Below are positions 1 through 9,934 of a DNA stretch of 64,000 nt, one piece after another. The first letter of the stretch is position 1. Each line of letters opens with the position of its first letter. Made by a program: the position numbers and the translations under genes. The notes under the pieces were generated by a model. The model saw only the letters and a program-made list of their open reading frames with translations. It was not told where the DNA came from and did no database searches. The DNA is from an uncultured Planctomycetota bacterium (GTDB taxonomy: Bacteria > Planctomycetota > Planctomycetia > Isosphaerales > Isosphaeraceae): assembly GCA_963823665.1 (NCBI GenBank), contig CAWGMQ010000008.1:640001-704000 (forward strand). Reading direction: 5' to 3'.

Positions 1-2
1 GC

Positions 3-1559
3 GTGAACGACCTTCGTGGTATGAGTAACCTTTGGCGCTGTGACCGTCAGGTGCGCCGGATGGTGAGACTTGTGACCATGACCTTCCTTCTTGGTTTGAC
101 CGCCGGAGCTGCCCGTCGAGCCGCTCCCGGTCGAGCCGCTACCCGTCGTGCGGCCGGTGCCCGTTCCTGTCGTGCCGCTGCCGCCGGTGCTGGAGCCGCC
201 GGTCTTGCCCGGGAAGAGGTTTTTCAGGTCGGCCTGGATGGCGGCCTGGTCGGCGGCGACGGTCGAGAGATCGGTCGTGGTCACGGCGGAATCCTGGATC
301 GCCTTCACAAGGTCGTTGAATGTGTTCGTGATTGTCGTCGAGGAGACGCTTGTGCTGAAGAGAGCGGTGAAATCAGTGAGCGCCTGGCTCGTGGACGTGC
401 CGCCTGCGACGGCCGTGGCGAGCTCGGAAATAACAGGATTCAGAGTCGATGCCTTGAAGTAGAAACCATCCTGCGCGATCGCCTGACCGTCGTTTGTCAG
501 GCTTTGCTCGTCGGCAATTGTAAGACCCGACTTTTCCGCCAGACTCTGGAGCTCGGTTTGCAGCTTTTGCACGTCAGCCTGTAATTGCTGCCAGGCGCCC
601 GATGAAGTCGCCGGGATGTTGGGCAGAACCGTCACCGCCGCGAGTGCGGGTTGCATCGGCGGCACACTGATCGACGGCGGGACGGAGACCGGCATCGGAA
701 CGCCGATCTTCGGTGGCAGGAACACGGGGCTGGTGACCACGCCGACCGACGAAAGCGACCCGAGGAGACTGAGTCCGCCGAACGGGCTGACGATGATCGG
801 CTGCGGCGGGGCAACGGGGAGGATTGGGGACGCGATGGCTACGGTCGAGCTCGTAACCGCGGATGAGAGGGAAAGTGTCGCGGGCGCGGTCCCAACCTGG
901 TCCAGCCACGCTTGGCCTGCGGGGATCATTGGACCAGGTATTTTCGGCAGGTCTGACTGGATGGCGGCCTCGTCTGCGGCGACGGTTGACAGGTCAGTCG
1001 TCGTCACGGCCGAGTCGTGGATCGCTTTGACGAGGTCATTGAACGTGTTTGTAATCGTCGTGTTCGACACGCTCGACGAGCTGAAAAGTCCAGTGAAGTC
1101 GGTTTGAGCCTGGCTTGTGGATGCATTGCCCGCAACTGCCACGGCGAGCTCGGAGATGACGGGATTCAGGGTTTTTGCCTGGAAATAAAAACCATCCTGC
1201 GCGATTCCCTGGGAGTCATTCGTCAGGTTTTCGAGGTCGGCGATGGTCAGACCCGATTTCGCTGCCAGGGTCTGGAGCTCGGTTTCGAGCGTCTGCAGGT
1301 CGGTTCGCAGCTTCGTCCACGTCGCAATGCTTGTGGCGCGGCCGAACGAAAACGATGCGATCGCGTTTACCGGCACCGGAGTCACCGGCAGCACCGGCAC
1401 GCTCGTGGTCTCGATCGGCGTGGTCACGACACCCACGTAGGACAGGCTCCCCAGCAGGCTGCTTGGCCCCGCGTAGGTCAAGACAACACGGCCTTCGAGC
1501 GTCTCGCAGCCTGGCGCTCTACGGCGGAAACGGCTTCCATTGCGGCGAACGTTCCTCAT
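3..1559 (-). CDS. Secreted planctomycete protein with N-terminal LExR-xLL motif, two ~123-aa internal repeats and a Gly/Ser/Thr-rich tail; 3' end runs off the window
   Basis: Manual translation from ATG 1559 gives MRNVRRNGSRFRRRAPGCETLEGRVVLT..., open to base 3. It is absent from the ORF track because no stop lies in the window. The plus-strand ORFs 3-584, 616-1107 and 1017-1601 are its antisense shadows. Confidence 0.85.
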   Translation of the reverse strand, partial: MRNVRRNGSRFRRRAPGCETLEGRVVLTYAGPSSLLGSLSYVGVVTTPIETTSVPVLPVTPVPVNAIASFSFGRATSIATWTKLRTDLQTLETELQTLAAKSGLTIADLENLTNDSQGIAQDGFYFQAKTLNPVISELAVAVAGNASTSQAQTDFTGLFSSSSVSNTTITNTFNDLVKAIHDSAVTTTDLSTVAADEAAIQSDLPKIPGPMIPAGQAWLDQVGTAPATLSLSSAVTSSTVAIASPILPVAPPQPIIVSPFGGLSLLGSLSSVGVVTSPVFLPPKIGVPMPVSVPPSISVPPMQPALAAVTVLPNIPATSSGAWQQLQADVQKLQTELQSLAEKSGLTIADEQSLTNDGQAIAQDGFYFKASTLNPVISELATAVAGGTSTSQALTDFTALFSTSVSSTTITNTFNDLVKAIQDSAVTTTDLSTVAADQAAIQADLKNLFPGKTGGSSTGGSGTTGTGTGRTTGSGSTGSGSTGSSGGQTKKEGHGHKSHHPAHLTVTAPKVTHTTKVVH

Positions 1560-1843
1560 CGCTGTTCACTCCCGGTTCACTTGTCGCGGTGCGGGTTCTG
1601 ACTCTGGTGAACTCCAGGTCGTCACCTTGGCGGTGGTGCTACTCCTCGGCGGGATCTACAAGGTGTCGAATGGAAATCGCATTCAACGCCCGGTTGCCGC
1701 CATCGTTTCTCGCTCGGCCTTATTCGGACGACTGACCAACCAAACTTATGGTACCGAGGCAAGTGCACGCATGCAAGCGGGTAGACGAGGTTTGAGGAGC
1801 CGTTTCCACGCGCCATTTCGCCGTTCTGTTTCATGCTGCGGGA

Positions 1844-1873
1844 TTGACAGGCAGCTCCCGGCGGCCTTACCGT
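1844..1873 (+). promoter_or_regulatory. Possible sigma70 promoter for the DHDPS-family gene
   Basis: TTGACA-N18-TACCGT about 45 bp upstream of ATG 1917. Confidence 0.35.
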
Positions 1874-1916
1874 GCGATTTTCGTTTCTGCGTTCGTCGAC
1901 GTTTGGAGCACCGGCA

Positions 1917-2861
1917 ATGGCTGTCGCATGGCATGGGGTTTATCCAGCGGTCACCACACAGTTCTTGCCGGGCGGAACGCTCGATATTCCGGCTACCCTG
2001 GCTCATGTTGACCGATTGATCGACGCCGGCTTGCACGGGCTGATCATGCTGGGAACTGTGGGCGAGAATTGCTCGCTCGAATACGCCGAGAAGCTGGAAG
2101 TTTTGCGCGCGACCGTGGGCCATGTGGGCCGTCGGGTATCAGTGCTCTCGGGTGTCGCCGAATACACGACACAGCTTGCTTGCCGGTTTGCGAGCGACGC
2201 CCAGAAGATTGGTGTCGATGGACTCATGGTCTTGCCCGCGCTGGTTTACAAGTCGGACGCGCGCGAAACCATCGCGCACTTCCGCACGGTGGCGCGGTCG
2301 TCGAGTATCGATCTGATGGTGTACAACAACCCGGTTTCGTACCAGGTCGACGTCACGCCCGAGATGTTTGCCGAACTGGCTGATGAGCCGAACCTGGTGG
2401 CGATCAAGGAATCGTCGGAGAACGTGCGCAGGATCACGGACTTGAAGAACGTCTGTGGCGACCGATACGTGCTCTTTTGTGGCGTCGACGACCTGGTGCT
2501 TGAAAGTGTGCTGCTAGGGGCAACCGGCTGGATCTCGGGCCTGGTCAACGCATTCCCGCGGGAAAGCGCCCGCTTGTGGGAGCTGGCCACGGACGGTCGG
2601 TGGGAGGAAGCGCGGGCGATCTATCGTTGGTACACGCCGCTTCTCCATCTCGACACGCACGTCAAGCTCGTGCAGTACATCAAGCTGGCGCAGCAAGAAT
2701 GTGGTTTCGGCTCAGAGCTCGTTCGGCCTCCGCGGCTGCCGCTTGTGGGACAAGAGCGCGAGGAAATCCTGGCGATCATTCGCAAGGCGCTCGCGGCCCG
2801 TCCGGTGCTTTCCGGCCAGAGCGTTCGAGCCAAGCAGGTTCTCGCGCTAGCGCGCAGGTGA
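1917..2861 (+). CDS. Dihydrodipicolinate synthase family protein, probably 1-pyrroline-4-hydroxy-2-carboxylate deaminase (LhpC/HypD-like)
   Basis: GVYPAVTT, LGTVGE, MVYNNP and Schiff-base AIKESS motifs; GGAG RBS; hydroxyproline epimerase gene nearby. Confidence 0.85.
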   Translation: MAVAWHGVYPAVTTQFLPGGTLDIPATLAHVDRLIDAGLHGLIMLGTVGENCSLEYAEKLEVLRATVGHVGRRVSVLSGVAEYTTQLACRFASDAQKIGVDGLMVLPALVYKSDARETIAHFRTVARSSSIDLMVYNNPVSYQVDVTPEMFAELADEPNLVAIKESSENVRRITDLKNVCGDRYVLFCGVDDLVLESVLLGATGWISGLVNAFPRESARLWELATDGRWEEARAIYRWYTPLLHLDTHVKLVQYIKLAQQECGFGSELVRPPRLPLVGQEREEILAIIRKALAARPVLSGQSVRAKQVLALARR

Positions 2862-3198
2862 CAGCGGCGCGGCGGGCCACTCGCCGGTGACCAAGATGTG
2901 GGAAACCGACGCAGGCGGGGACGGTGAGCCGTCCGGCGAGTCGAACGAGTTCAACCGGGGAACAGAATCGAAGTGACTCCTTGATTCAACGCTGAAGGCG
3001 CTCTGCTCAAGTTCGTCCAGTCACAAGCAACTCCGCAGATCACGCGGACTCATCCCTCCTGTCCGTCAGTGAAGTCACTGTGATTTGCCGGGCCCAACGG
3101 CTTGCGTCAATCCGAATCGAAAAGTGGTCTGAGAATCGAGCTCCCGCCCCGATCCCTTCCATTCTTCATCCGTCCGTTTTTGACTCGGAGGTCTTTCC

Positions 3199-4248
3199 AT
3201 GCGCGCTTCGAAGGCACGCGGTTTCACGCTCATCGAGTTGCTGGTGGTCATTGCGATCATCGCGGTGTTGATCGCGCTCTTGCTCCCCGCCGTGCAGGCT
3301 GCCCGTGAGGCCGCCCGGCGGTCGCAGTGCGTCAACAACCTGAAACAGATCGGTCTGGCGATTGCGAACTACGAGAGCTCGTTCGGCTCGTTCCCGCCCG
3401 GCTCCATAAAATACGGGTCGGGCGCCAGCATCGACTGCGTCAATCAGCGGCATCATACGATGTTTGCGCTCATCCTGGGGAACATCGAGCAATCAAACAT
3501 TCATAACTCAATAAACTTCAGCCTAGGATCGTGGGACACGACTGGTCCTTACGGGCTGGGCGTCAACTCGGCTGAGGCTAACAGCACGGCGTACAACACT
3601 CGGGTGAACAGTTACCTCTGTCCGTCAGACAATCTCGGCCCGAACAACCTTACGACGCCGGGCAATACCCAGGTTTCCTATGCGGGGTCAGTCGGCAACC
3701 GCGACGTGTATCACTGGTGGCATGGTTGTCCCGCGAGCCCGACACCCGAGGAAGAAGGCGACGGAATGTTCAACGGCGATTACACCTACACGGTGGCCAA
3801 CGTGACGGATGGACTGAGCAATACGTTTTTCGTCGGCGAGACGTCGCGGTACAACAACGATCCAGACGGGACGTTTTTCTACAGTTGGTCAAACGACATC
3901 TGGTGGGGGTCCGATGTGGCGGGAGTGAGCCGGATCAACGCTCTGGCCAGTACGATCGCGCGGCCCAACGCCCCGATTCTTGTTCCCGACGTCGGCCCTG
4001 ACACGACCAATATCACGCTCTGGTGGAGAAACCCGAGTCTCCAGTTGCAAAACATGGGACAGTGGGGATTTCGCAGTCAGCACCCCGGGGGCGTTAACTT
4101 CGTCTTTGGAGACGGGTCGGTTCACTTCATCAAGGACACGATCAATGTCGTCGGCGCGCCGAACTCGACCGGTCAGTTGACCTTGGGCGTCTATCGCCAG
4201 CTTGCGACCCGGAACCTCGGCGAGGTCATTGACAGCAGCATGTATTGA
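3199..4248 (+). CDS. DUF1559 protein (prepilin N-terminal methylation motif, H-X9-DG C-terminal motif)
   Basis: [69 protein letters not shown]. Confidence 0.95.
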   Translation: MRASKARGFTLIELLVVIAIIAVLIALLLPAVQAAREAARRSQCVNNLKQIGLAIANYESSFGSFPPGSIKYGSGASIDCVNQRHHTMFALILGNIEQSNIHNSINFSLGSWDTTGPYGLGVNSAEANSTAYNTRVNSYLCPSDNLGPNNLTTPGNTQVSYAGSVGNRDVYHWWHGCPASPTPEEEGDGMFNGDYTYTVANVTDGLSNTFFVGETSRYNNDPDGTFFYSWSNDIWWGSDVAGVSRINALASTIARPNAPILVPDVGPDTTNITLWWRNPSLQLQNMGQWGFRSQHPGGVNFVFGDGSVHFIKDTINVVGAPNSTGQLTLGVYRQLATRNLGEVIDSSMY

Positions 4249-4286
4249 TACCGTCCGATCTTTTTCCGCGATTGAAGGAACCCGAG

Positions 4287-4520
4287 ATGAAGTTGTTGCG
4301 TTCTTGCTGGAAATTGCTTGCTTCGTTCGCTTTGCTCGGGCCGCCGGCGGGTTGTGGCGGCGGTGGGCCCGAGGCTTTTGCTCCTGGCAGTACACCGGGC
4401 GCGACTCCCACCGCGACGAGCGGCGCGGAACCGAGCGCATCCGGCGGGCGGTCATCGAGCTCACCGAAGCGATACCAGCGAGGCAGCTATCAGACCCAGG
4501 GGCCGCAAGCCCATCCTTGA
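4287..4520 (+). CDS. Small lipoprotein partner of the DUF1559 gene
   Basis: Basic N-terminus, hydrophobic stretch, then AGC-GGG lipobox; lies directly downstream of DUF1559. Confidence 0.7.
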   Translation: MKLLRSCWKLLASFALLGPPAGCGGGGPEAFAPGSTPGATPTATSGAEPSASGGRSSSSPKRYQRGSYQTQGPQAHP

Positions 4521-4729
4521 GCAACTCGTCGAAACGCTCGATCTCCCATTGCTCCCCGGTTGAGTCCGTGGGATAGTTGGCGCGTCCCTTGCGGGGCATT
4601 GTGACGACTCCTTTCGTGCCATCATGGGTCACGAGAGCCGCCGGGTGGGCTGCGTCTCATACTTGAGATCGCTCACGCCCGGTTTGAGTCGCTCGGATAG
4701 CCGATTGTCCTTTATCAACCGGAGGAGCG

Positions 4730-5669
4730 GTGCAGCGGATCTCGGTGATCGACACCCATACCGGCGGTGAGCCAACCCGCGTCGTGATTTCCGGAGGGCC
4801 GGACCTGGGTTCGGGCTCAATGGCGGACCGCCTGGCCGTTCTTCGCGACCGGTACGACACATTTCGCACGGCTGTGGCCGGTGAGCCTCGCGGCTCCGAC
4901 GTGATGGTCGGCGCGATTCTGCTTCCGCCGGTCGATCCCTCGTGTGCTGCCGGAGTGAACTTTTTCAACAACGTCGGATACCTCGGCATGTGCGGGCACG
5001 GCACAATCGGCGTCGCCGTGGCGCTATCGCATCTGGGGCGCATTCGGGCCAGGCGCGCATCGGATCGAAACACCCGTCGGACGGGTCACCGTCAGCCTCG
5101 AAGGGCGAAATACGGTCACGATCGACAATGTCGAAAGTTATCGGCTGACCAGGGGGGCATCGGTCGATGTCCCCGGGCTGGGCACGTACACCGGCGACGT
5201 CGCATGGGGAGGCAACTGGTTTTTCCTCGTGCATCAGCACGGAGAGGAACTCTCCGTTGCCAACGTCGATCGTCTGACCGATGTGACATGGCGCATCCGT
5301 CAGGCTCTGGTCGCGAACGGAATCACCGGTGCAGAGGGCGCGGAGATCGATCACATCGAGCTCTATGGCCCGCCCACGGTTACGGGTGCCGACAGCAAGT
5401 GCTTCGTGCTCTGCCCCGGGCGGGCCTATGATCGCTCACCGTGCGGCACCGGCACCAGTGCGAAGATCGCGTGCCTCGTCGCCGACGGCAAGCTCGCCGA
5501 CGGGGTGGTCTGGCGGCAGGAGTCGATCATCGGGAGCGTGTTCGAGGCCTGGGCGCGCAAGTCCGAGCGGGGCGTCCGGCCCCAGATCCGCGGTACTGCC
5601 TACGTGAACGCCGAATCCACCTTGATCATTGATCCCGACGACCCCTTCGCCCTGGGCATCCGGCCATGA
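4730..5669 (+). CDS. Proline racemase family / 4-hydroxyproline 2-epimerase, split by a frameshift at ~5045
   Basis: [11 protein letters not shown] and GMCGHG in the first frame; [12 protein letters not shown] and [11 protein letters not shown] in the second; both catalytic Cys present. Confidence 0.9.
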
Positions 5670-6925
5670 GCAAGCTTTCCGCAGGCCGCCGAGCCGTGGT
5701 GATCGGCGGCGGGGTCATTGGCGTCTCCTGCGTCCATTATTTGCTGCGCGACGGGTGGCAAGTCACCCTCCTGGACCGCGGGGGTATCGGTAGCGGGAGC
5801 TCGCATGGCAACTGCGGTTTCATCTGCCCAAGCCATGTGCTGCCTCTGGCTGAGCCGGGGATGGTCATGAAAGGAATCAAGAGCCTTTTCGCCCGAAACT
5901 CACCATTCGCAATCAAGCCGCGGCTCGACCCGGCGCTCTGGGCGTGGTTCTTGCATTTCGCTGCTCGTTGCAACGAACGCGACATGATCTCCGCCGGGCG
6001 GGGAATCCAGGCGCTCCTGGAGTCGTCAATTGCGCTCTATCGTGAGTTGATCGAAGGCGAATCGCTCGACTGCGAGTTCGAGTCGCGAGGGATGCTGTTC
6101 GCTTACCGTTCCAGCCATGAGATGGAAGCGTACGCCGCCACGGACCGCTTGATGACGACCAACTTCAACTGCCCGGCTCGACGGTGCGACGCGCGCGAGC
6201 TGGTCGAGCTCGAGCCCGCCCTTAAGCCTGGCCTGGCCGGCGGCTGGTACTATGACCACGACGCACACCTGCGCCCGGACAAGCTCATGCGCGCGTGGCG
6301 CCAATCGATTGCCCAAGGCGGCGCTACGATTCATGAAAACTGCGCCTTCGAGAGATTCCAAACACACAATAGCAGCGCAACGGCCGCTGTCACGCCGCGC
6401 GGCGAGCTCACAGCAGACGTCTTCGTGGTCGCCGCCGGCGCCTGGACGCCGCTGCTGAACCAACAGCTTGGATGTAGAGTGCCGATTCAGCCGGGCAAGG
6501 GCTACAGTATGACGATGCCGCGCCCGGCCGTTTGTCCCAAGATCCCCCTGATTTTTCCCGAGACTCGCGTGGCTGTGACACCGTTTCAATCGGGTTATCG
6601 GCTCGGCTCGACAATGGAATTCGCCGGATACGATGACTCGATCCGGGCCGAGCGTCTGCAGCTCCTCAAGGACGGCTCCGCCGCCTATCTTCACGAACCG
6701 TACTGCGAGCCAGTTCTTGAGAAATGGTACGGCTGGCGGCCGATGACATACGATAGCCTGCCGATCATCGATCGCAGCCCATCCTACGAGAATGTCTTTA
6801 TCGCCGCCGGCCACAACATGCTCGGTCTTTCGATGGCGACGGCGACCGGCAAGCTGATTGCCGAGCTGGCGGCCGGCACGGCGCCCCATGTTGAACCGGC
6901 CCCGTATCGCGTGAGCCGATTTTGA
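5666..6925 (+). CDS. FAD-dependent D-amino acid dehydrogenase (DadA-like), probably D-hydroxyproline dehydrogenase
   Basis: GGGVIG Rossmann motif, SHGNCG, PGKGYS, GWRPMT, GHNMLGLSM; ATGA overlap with the epimerase gene. Confidence 0.88.
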   Translation: MSKLSAGRRAVVIGGGVIGVSCVHYLLRDGWQVTLLDRGGIGSGSSHGNCGFICPSHVLPLAEPGMVMKGIKSLFARNSPFAIKPRLDPALWAWFLHFAARCNERDMISAGRGIQALLESSIALYRELIEGESLDCEFESRGMLFAYRSSHEMEAYAATDRLMTTNFNCPARRCDARELVELEPALKPGLAGGWYYDHDAHLRPDKLMRAWRQSIAQGGATIHENCAFERFQTHNSSATAAVTPRGELTADVFVVAAGAWTPLLNQQLGCRVPIQPGKGYSMTMPRPAVCPKIPLIFPETRVAVTPFQSGYRLGSTMEFAGYDDSIRAERLQLLKDGSAAYLHEPYCEPVLEKWYGWRPMTYDSLPIIDRSPSYENVFIAAGHNMLGLSMATATGKLIAELAAGTAPHVEPAPYRVSRF

Positions 6926-6999
6926 TTCAGTGTCGGGCGCGGGCTTTCCGATCCGGCGCAACCCACGACCGAAGGCTAACCTTGGTTCCACCTGCAAGC

Positions 7000-8001
7000 T
7001 CAAGACCGACGGCTCACCATCTCCGCGAGCCAGTCGCGACTGATTGGCCAGGGCTCTCGCGAGAGCGCCATCAGATCTAACATGCCGATCGCGTCGGCGG
7101 GCATCATCGGTATCAGTTGTTGTGTCCAGCCGCACGAAAGAACAAGGGCACCGATCAAAAGTCGAGGATCGACGCCGTTTTCCCGCAGGGTTGCGAGCTT
7201 GAGCGAACCGTCGCGCTTGGCCAGGCGTCTCCCATCGGTTTCGACCACGAGGGAAACGTGCCCGAATTCGGGAACAGGCGAACCGGCCGCTCGATAGAGC
7301 AGGATTTGCCGGGGGGTGCTGGGAACGAGGTCGCTGCCGCGGATTACCTGGTTCACGCCCATGGCCCTATCGTCGGCAACGACCGCGAGCTGATACGAGT
7401 GGCCGGCGTGGTTTCGCGCGACGATGAAATCTCCACCCAGCCGCGCGGGGTCGAGTGCGATTCGTCCCAGACAGAGGTCGTCCCATTCAACCACGCCCGG
7501 CGGCACACGGAACCGCCATGCGAACGCACGGTCCGCGAGTGCCGCGGCGTCCGCAACGCAGCGATGAGAACAGGTGCCGGGATACGCAGGTCCTTCTTCA
7601 TCGGAATGGGGAGCGCTTGCCGCGCGGGCGACGTCCGCCCGCGTACACGTGCAGGGATAAACGCTTTCCGTTCTTTTGAGCCGTTCGAGCATTTCCTTAT
7701 AACTCGCGGTTCGCTCTGATTGAACGTACGGCTCGGAGGGCCCGCCGATTTCCGGTCCCTCATCCCAATCGAGCCGGAGCCAGCGCAGGTCTTCGAGCGC
7801 GGTCTGCGCTGCGCCTGCGCGGACCCTTGATCGATCCAGATCTTCGATTCGCAAAATCACACGCCCGCTCGACCGCCGCGCAGCGAGCCAGGCGATCAAG
7901 AACGTGCGCGCATGCCCGAGATGAAGCCCACCGGTCGGCGAAGGTGCCAGCCGGCCGACGACTTGTGCGTGCTGCAGTTGAGTGAGCCCGCTATGGCACA
8001 A
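7000..8001 (-). CDS. gluQ: Glutamyl-Q tRNA(Asp) synthetase (start codon uncertain)
   Basis: GRLAPSPTGGLHLGHART, RIEDLD, CTCTR, RLAKRDG; short protein with no anticodon-binding domain. Confidence 0.88.
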   Translation of the reverse strand: MCHSGLTQLQHAQVVGRLAPSPTGGLHLGHARTFLIAWLAARRSSGRVILRIEDLDRSRVRAGAAQTALEDLRWLRLDWDEGPEIGGPSEPYVQSERTASYKEMLERLKRTESVYPCTCTRADVARAASAPHSDEEGPAYPGTCSHRCVADAAALADRAFAWRFRVPPGVVEWDDLCLGRIALDPARLGGDFIVARNHAGHSYQLAVVADDRAMGVNQVIRGSDLVPSTPRQILLYRAAGSPVPEFGHVSLVVETDGRRLAKRDGSLKLATLRENGVDPRLLIGALVLSCGWTQQLIPMMPADAIGMLDLMALSREPWPISRDWLAEMVSRRS

Positions 8002-8095
8002 TTGAGATCGCCTCGCACGATATCGATGAGGATTGTCGCATGCGAGAATGGAGCAGGGGAGTTGAACTCCCGAGTGGTGACGACGCACAATTGTA

Positions 8096-9348
8096 CTACT
8101 GCTGTATCGCCGAGCTGACGACGGACAGGAATATTTTCTCCGCACCCGAGGAGTAGGTCGGCAAGACCTGGGTCATGAACACCCCGGTCATGTCATTGCG
8201 TGGGTCAATCCAGAATTGCGTCGAGTAAAAACCGCCCCAGCCATAACGGTGCAAGACGGGCTTTTCTCCGTCGCGACCGGCGGTCTGCACCAGGCCGAAT
8301 CCCAGACCATACTTCATCACGATGAAGGCAAAGTGTTTTCCGATCTGGTTCGTCGTCATCTCACCAATCGTCTCGGGCTTGAGAATCCGCGCACCTTGGA
8401 GCTCGCCGCGGTTGGCGAGCATCTGGGCGAATCGCGCGTAATCGCGTGCGGTTGAAAACAGGCCGCCCCCGCCCGATAAGAACGTGTCCGAACCGTAGTT
8501 CCTGGGGAGAGCGTTCAGGTTCCCCGACGGATCGGCGCGATAAATCGTCGCTACGCGGTCGCGCTTCGATTCTGGTACTTGAAACAATGTGTCGTACATC
8601 TCGAGCGGCTTGAAGATGCGTTCTTGCAGGTACACATCGAAACTCTGGCCGGACACAACCTCAATCAAGCGCCCCAGCACGTCGTGACTCAACCCGTAGG
8701 TCCAGCCCTCGCCGGGCTGATGGGCCAGCGGTACTCGCCCGAGCCGCTCGACCAGCTCGGCAATCGTCTTCTCGTTTCGGAAGCCAACGCCAGCCTTTGC
8801 ATACGCGCGGTCCAGCCGAGCGCCCTGGGATGAAGCGCAGCTCCGTACGAGAAACCTGCCGAGTGAGACAGCAGGTCGCGCACCGTGATAGGCCGCTTGG
8901 CCGGCACCGTGGCGATCGTCGACTCGGTGTCGTCCTTGGCCTGGCCGAGTACGCGCATTTCTTTGAGCGCGGGCAGGTACTTTCCGACGGGATCATCGAG
9001 CGCGATCTTGCCTTGCTCAACCAAGGTCATCACCGCCACGCAGGTGATCGGCTTGGTCATCGAGGCGATCGCGAAAATCGTATCTTCGGTCATTGGCGCT
9101 TTGCTCGCCAGATCGCGATAGCCGATCGACGTGACAGACGCCACCTTGCCGTGCCGGGCGACCAGTGCGACCGCTCCTGCGATCTTCGCGTCGTCGACAA
9201 GCTTCTGTAGTGCCGGTTTCAGCTCCGCAAGCTTTTCGGCCGAGAGCTTGACCTCATGCGGCTCTGCTTTGGGTAACTCTCCCGCTCGAACGGCTATCAC
9301 GCAGGCAAATAGTAGTGCAGCGGCAAGAACAGCGGTCGAGCGCATCAT
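8096..9348 (-). CDS. Beta-lactamase-family serine hydrolase with signal peptide, frameshifted at ~8838
   Basis: IASMTK (SxxK) and LLSHSAG in the first frame; HQPGEGWTYGLSHDVLG and SGGGGLFSTARDY in the second. Confidence 0.88.
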
Positions 9349-9478
9349 GAGCTCCTGGTTTTACGCGCAGTACGGCAATCGCATGGCTGATCGCAACGAT
9401 AGAAACAACCTGCGCTCGCCGCCATCAATCTCGCCAGTGTATCCCACGAACCGGGGCTTCGCATCAACACACCCGCTC

Positions 9479-9778
9479 CTACGTCTTTTCACCGAGCGGC
9501 CTCGGACCGGCGAGCGGCTCCTTCCGATCGATGATCGGCGGGCAAAGCGCCGCCATTTCACGATTGACGGCTACGAAATCCTTCCACTCATCCGGTACGT
9601 CGTCTTCATGGTAAATCGCGTGCACAGGGCACTCCGGCGTGCAAGCGTCGCAATCGATGCAGTGATCCGGGTCGATGAACAGCATTTGTTCGCCCTCACG
9701 AAAGCAGTCGCACGGGCAAACGACCACGCAGTCGGTGTACTTGCAGCCGAAACAGGGTTCCGTCACGACGAACGCCAT
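9479..9778 (-). CDS. fdxA: 7Fe ([3Fe-4S]+[4Fe-4S]) ferredoxin, FdxA type
   Basis: MAFVVTEPCFGCKYTDCVVVCPCDCF...CIDCDACTPECPVHAI; GAGGA RBS. Confidence 0.9.
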   Translation of the reverse strand: MAFVVTEPCFGCKYTDCVVVCPCDCFREGEQMLFIDPDHCIDCDACTPECPVHAIYHEDDVPDEWKDFVAVNREMAALCPPIIDRKEPLAGPRPLGEKT

Positions 9779-9934
9779 GATTTCCTCCCCACACGAGGCG
9801 TGTGACCTGACCTCATACTGATGAGGTAATGCCTTCTGCGGGCCCGGAGCGGCCAAGCTTTCCGAAAAGTTTGTTAGAATGTGAACGCGGTCGGTCTTTC
9901 GCGAACGCGGGTTGATAACAAGTGGTGATCCAAA

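Noticed and set aside
3..1735. Plus-strand ORFs 3-584, 148-462, 616-1107, 1017-1601 and 1175-1735
   Set aside because: Antisense shadows of the real minus-strand gene starting at 1559.
4639..4683. Riboswitch upstream of the epimerase gene
   Set aside because: Only an imperfect hairpin (TCTCA-tact-TGAGA core) is visible; no aptamer consensus was recognised.
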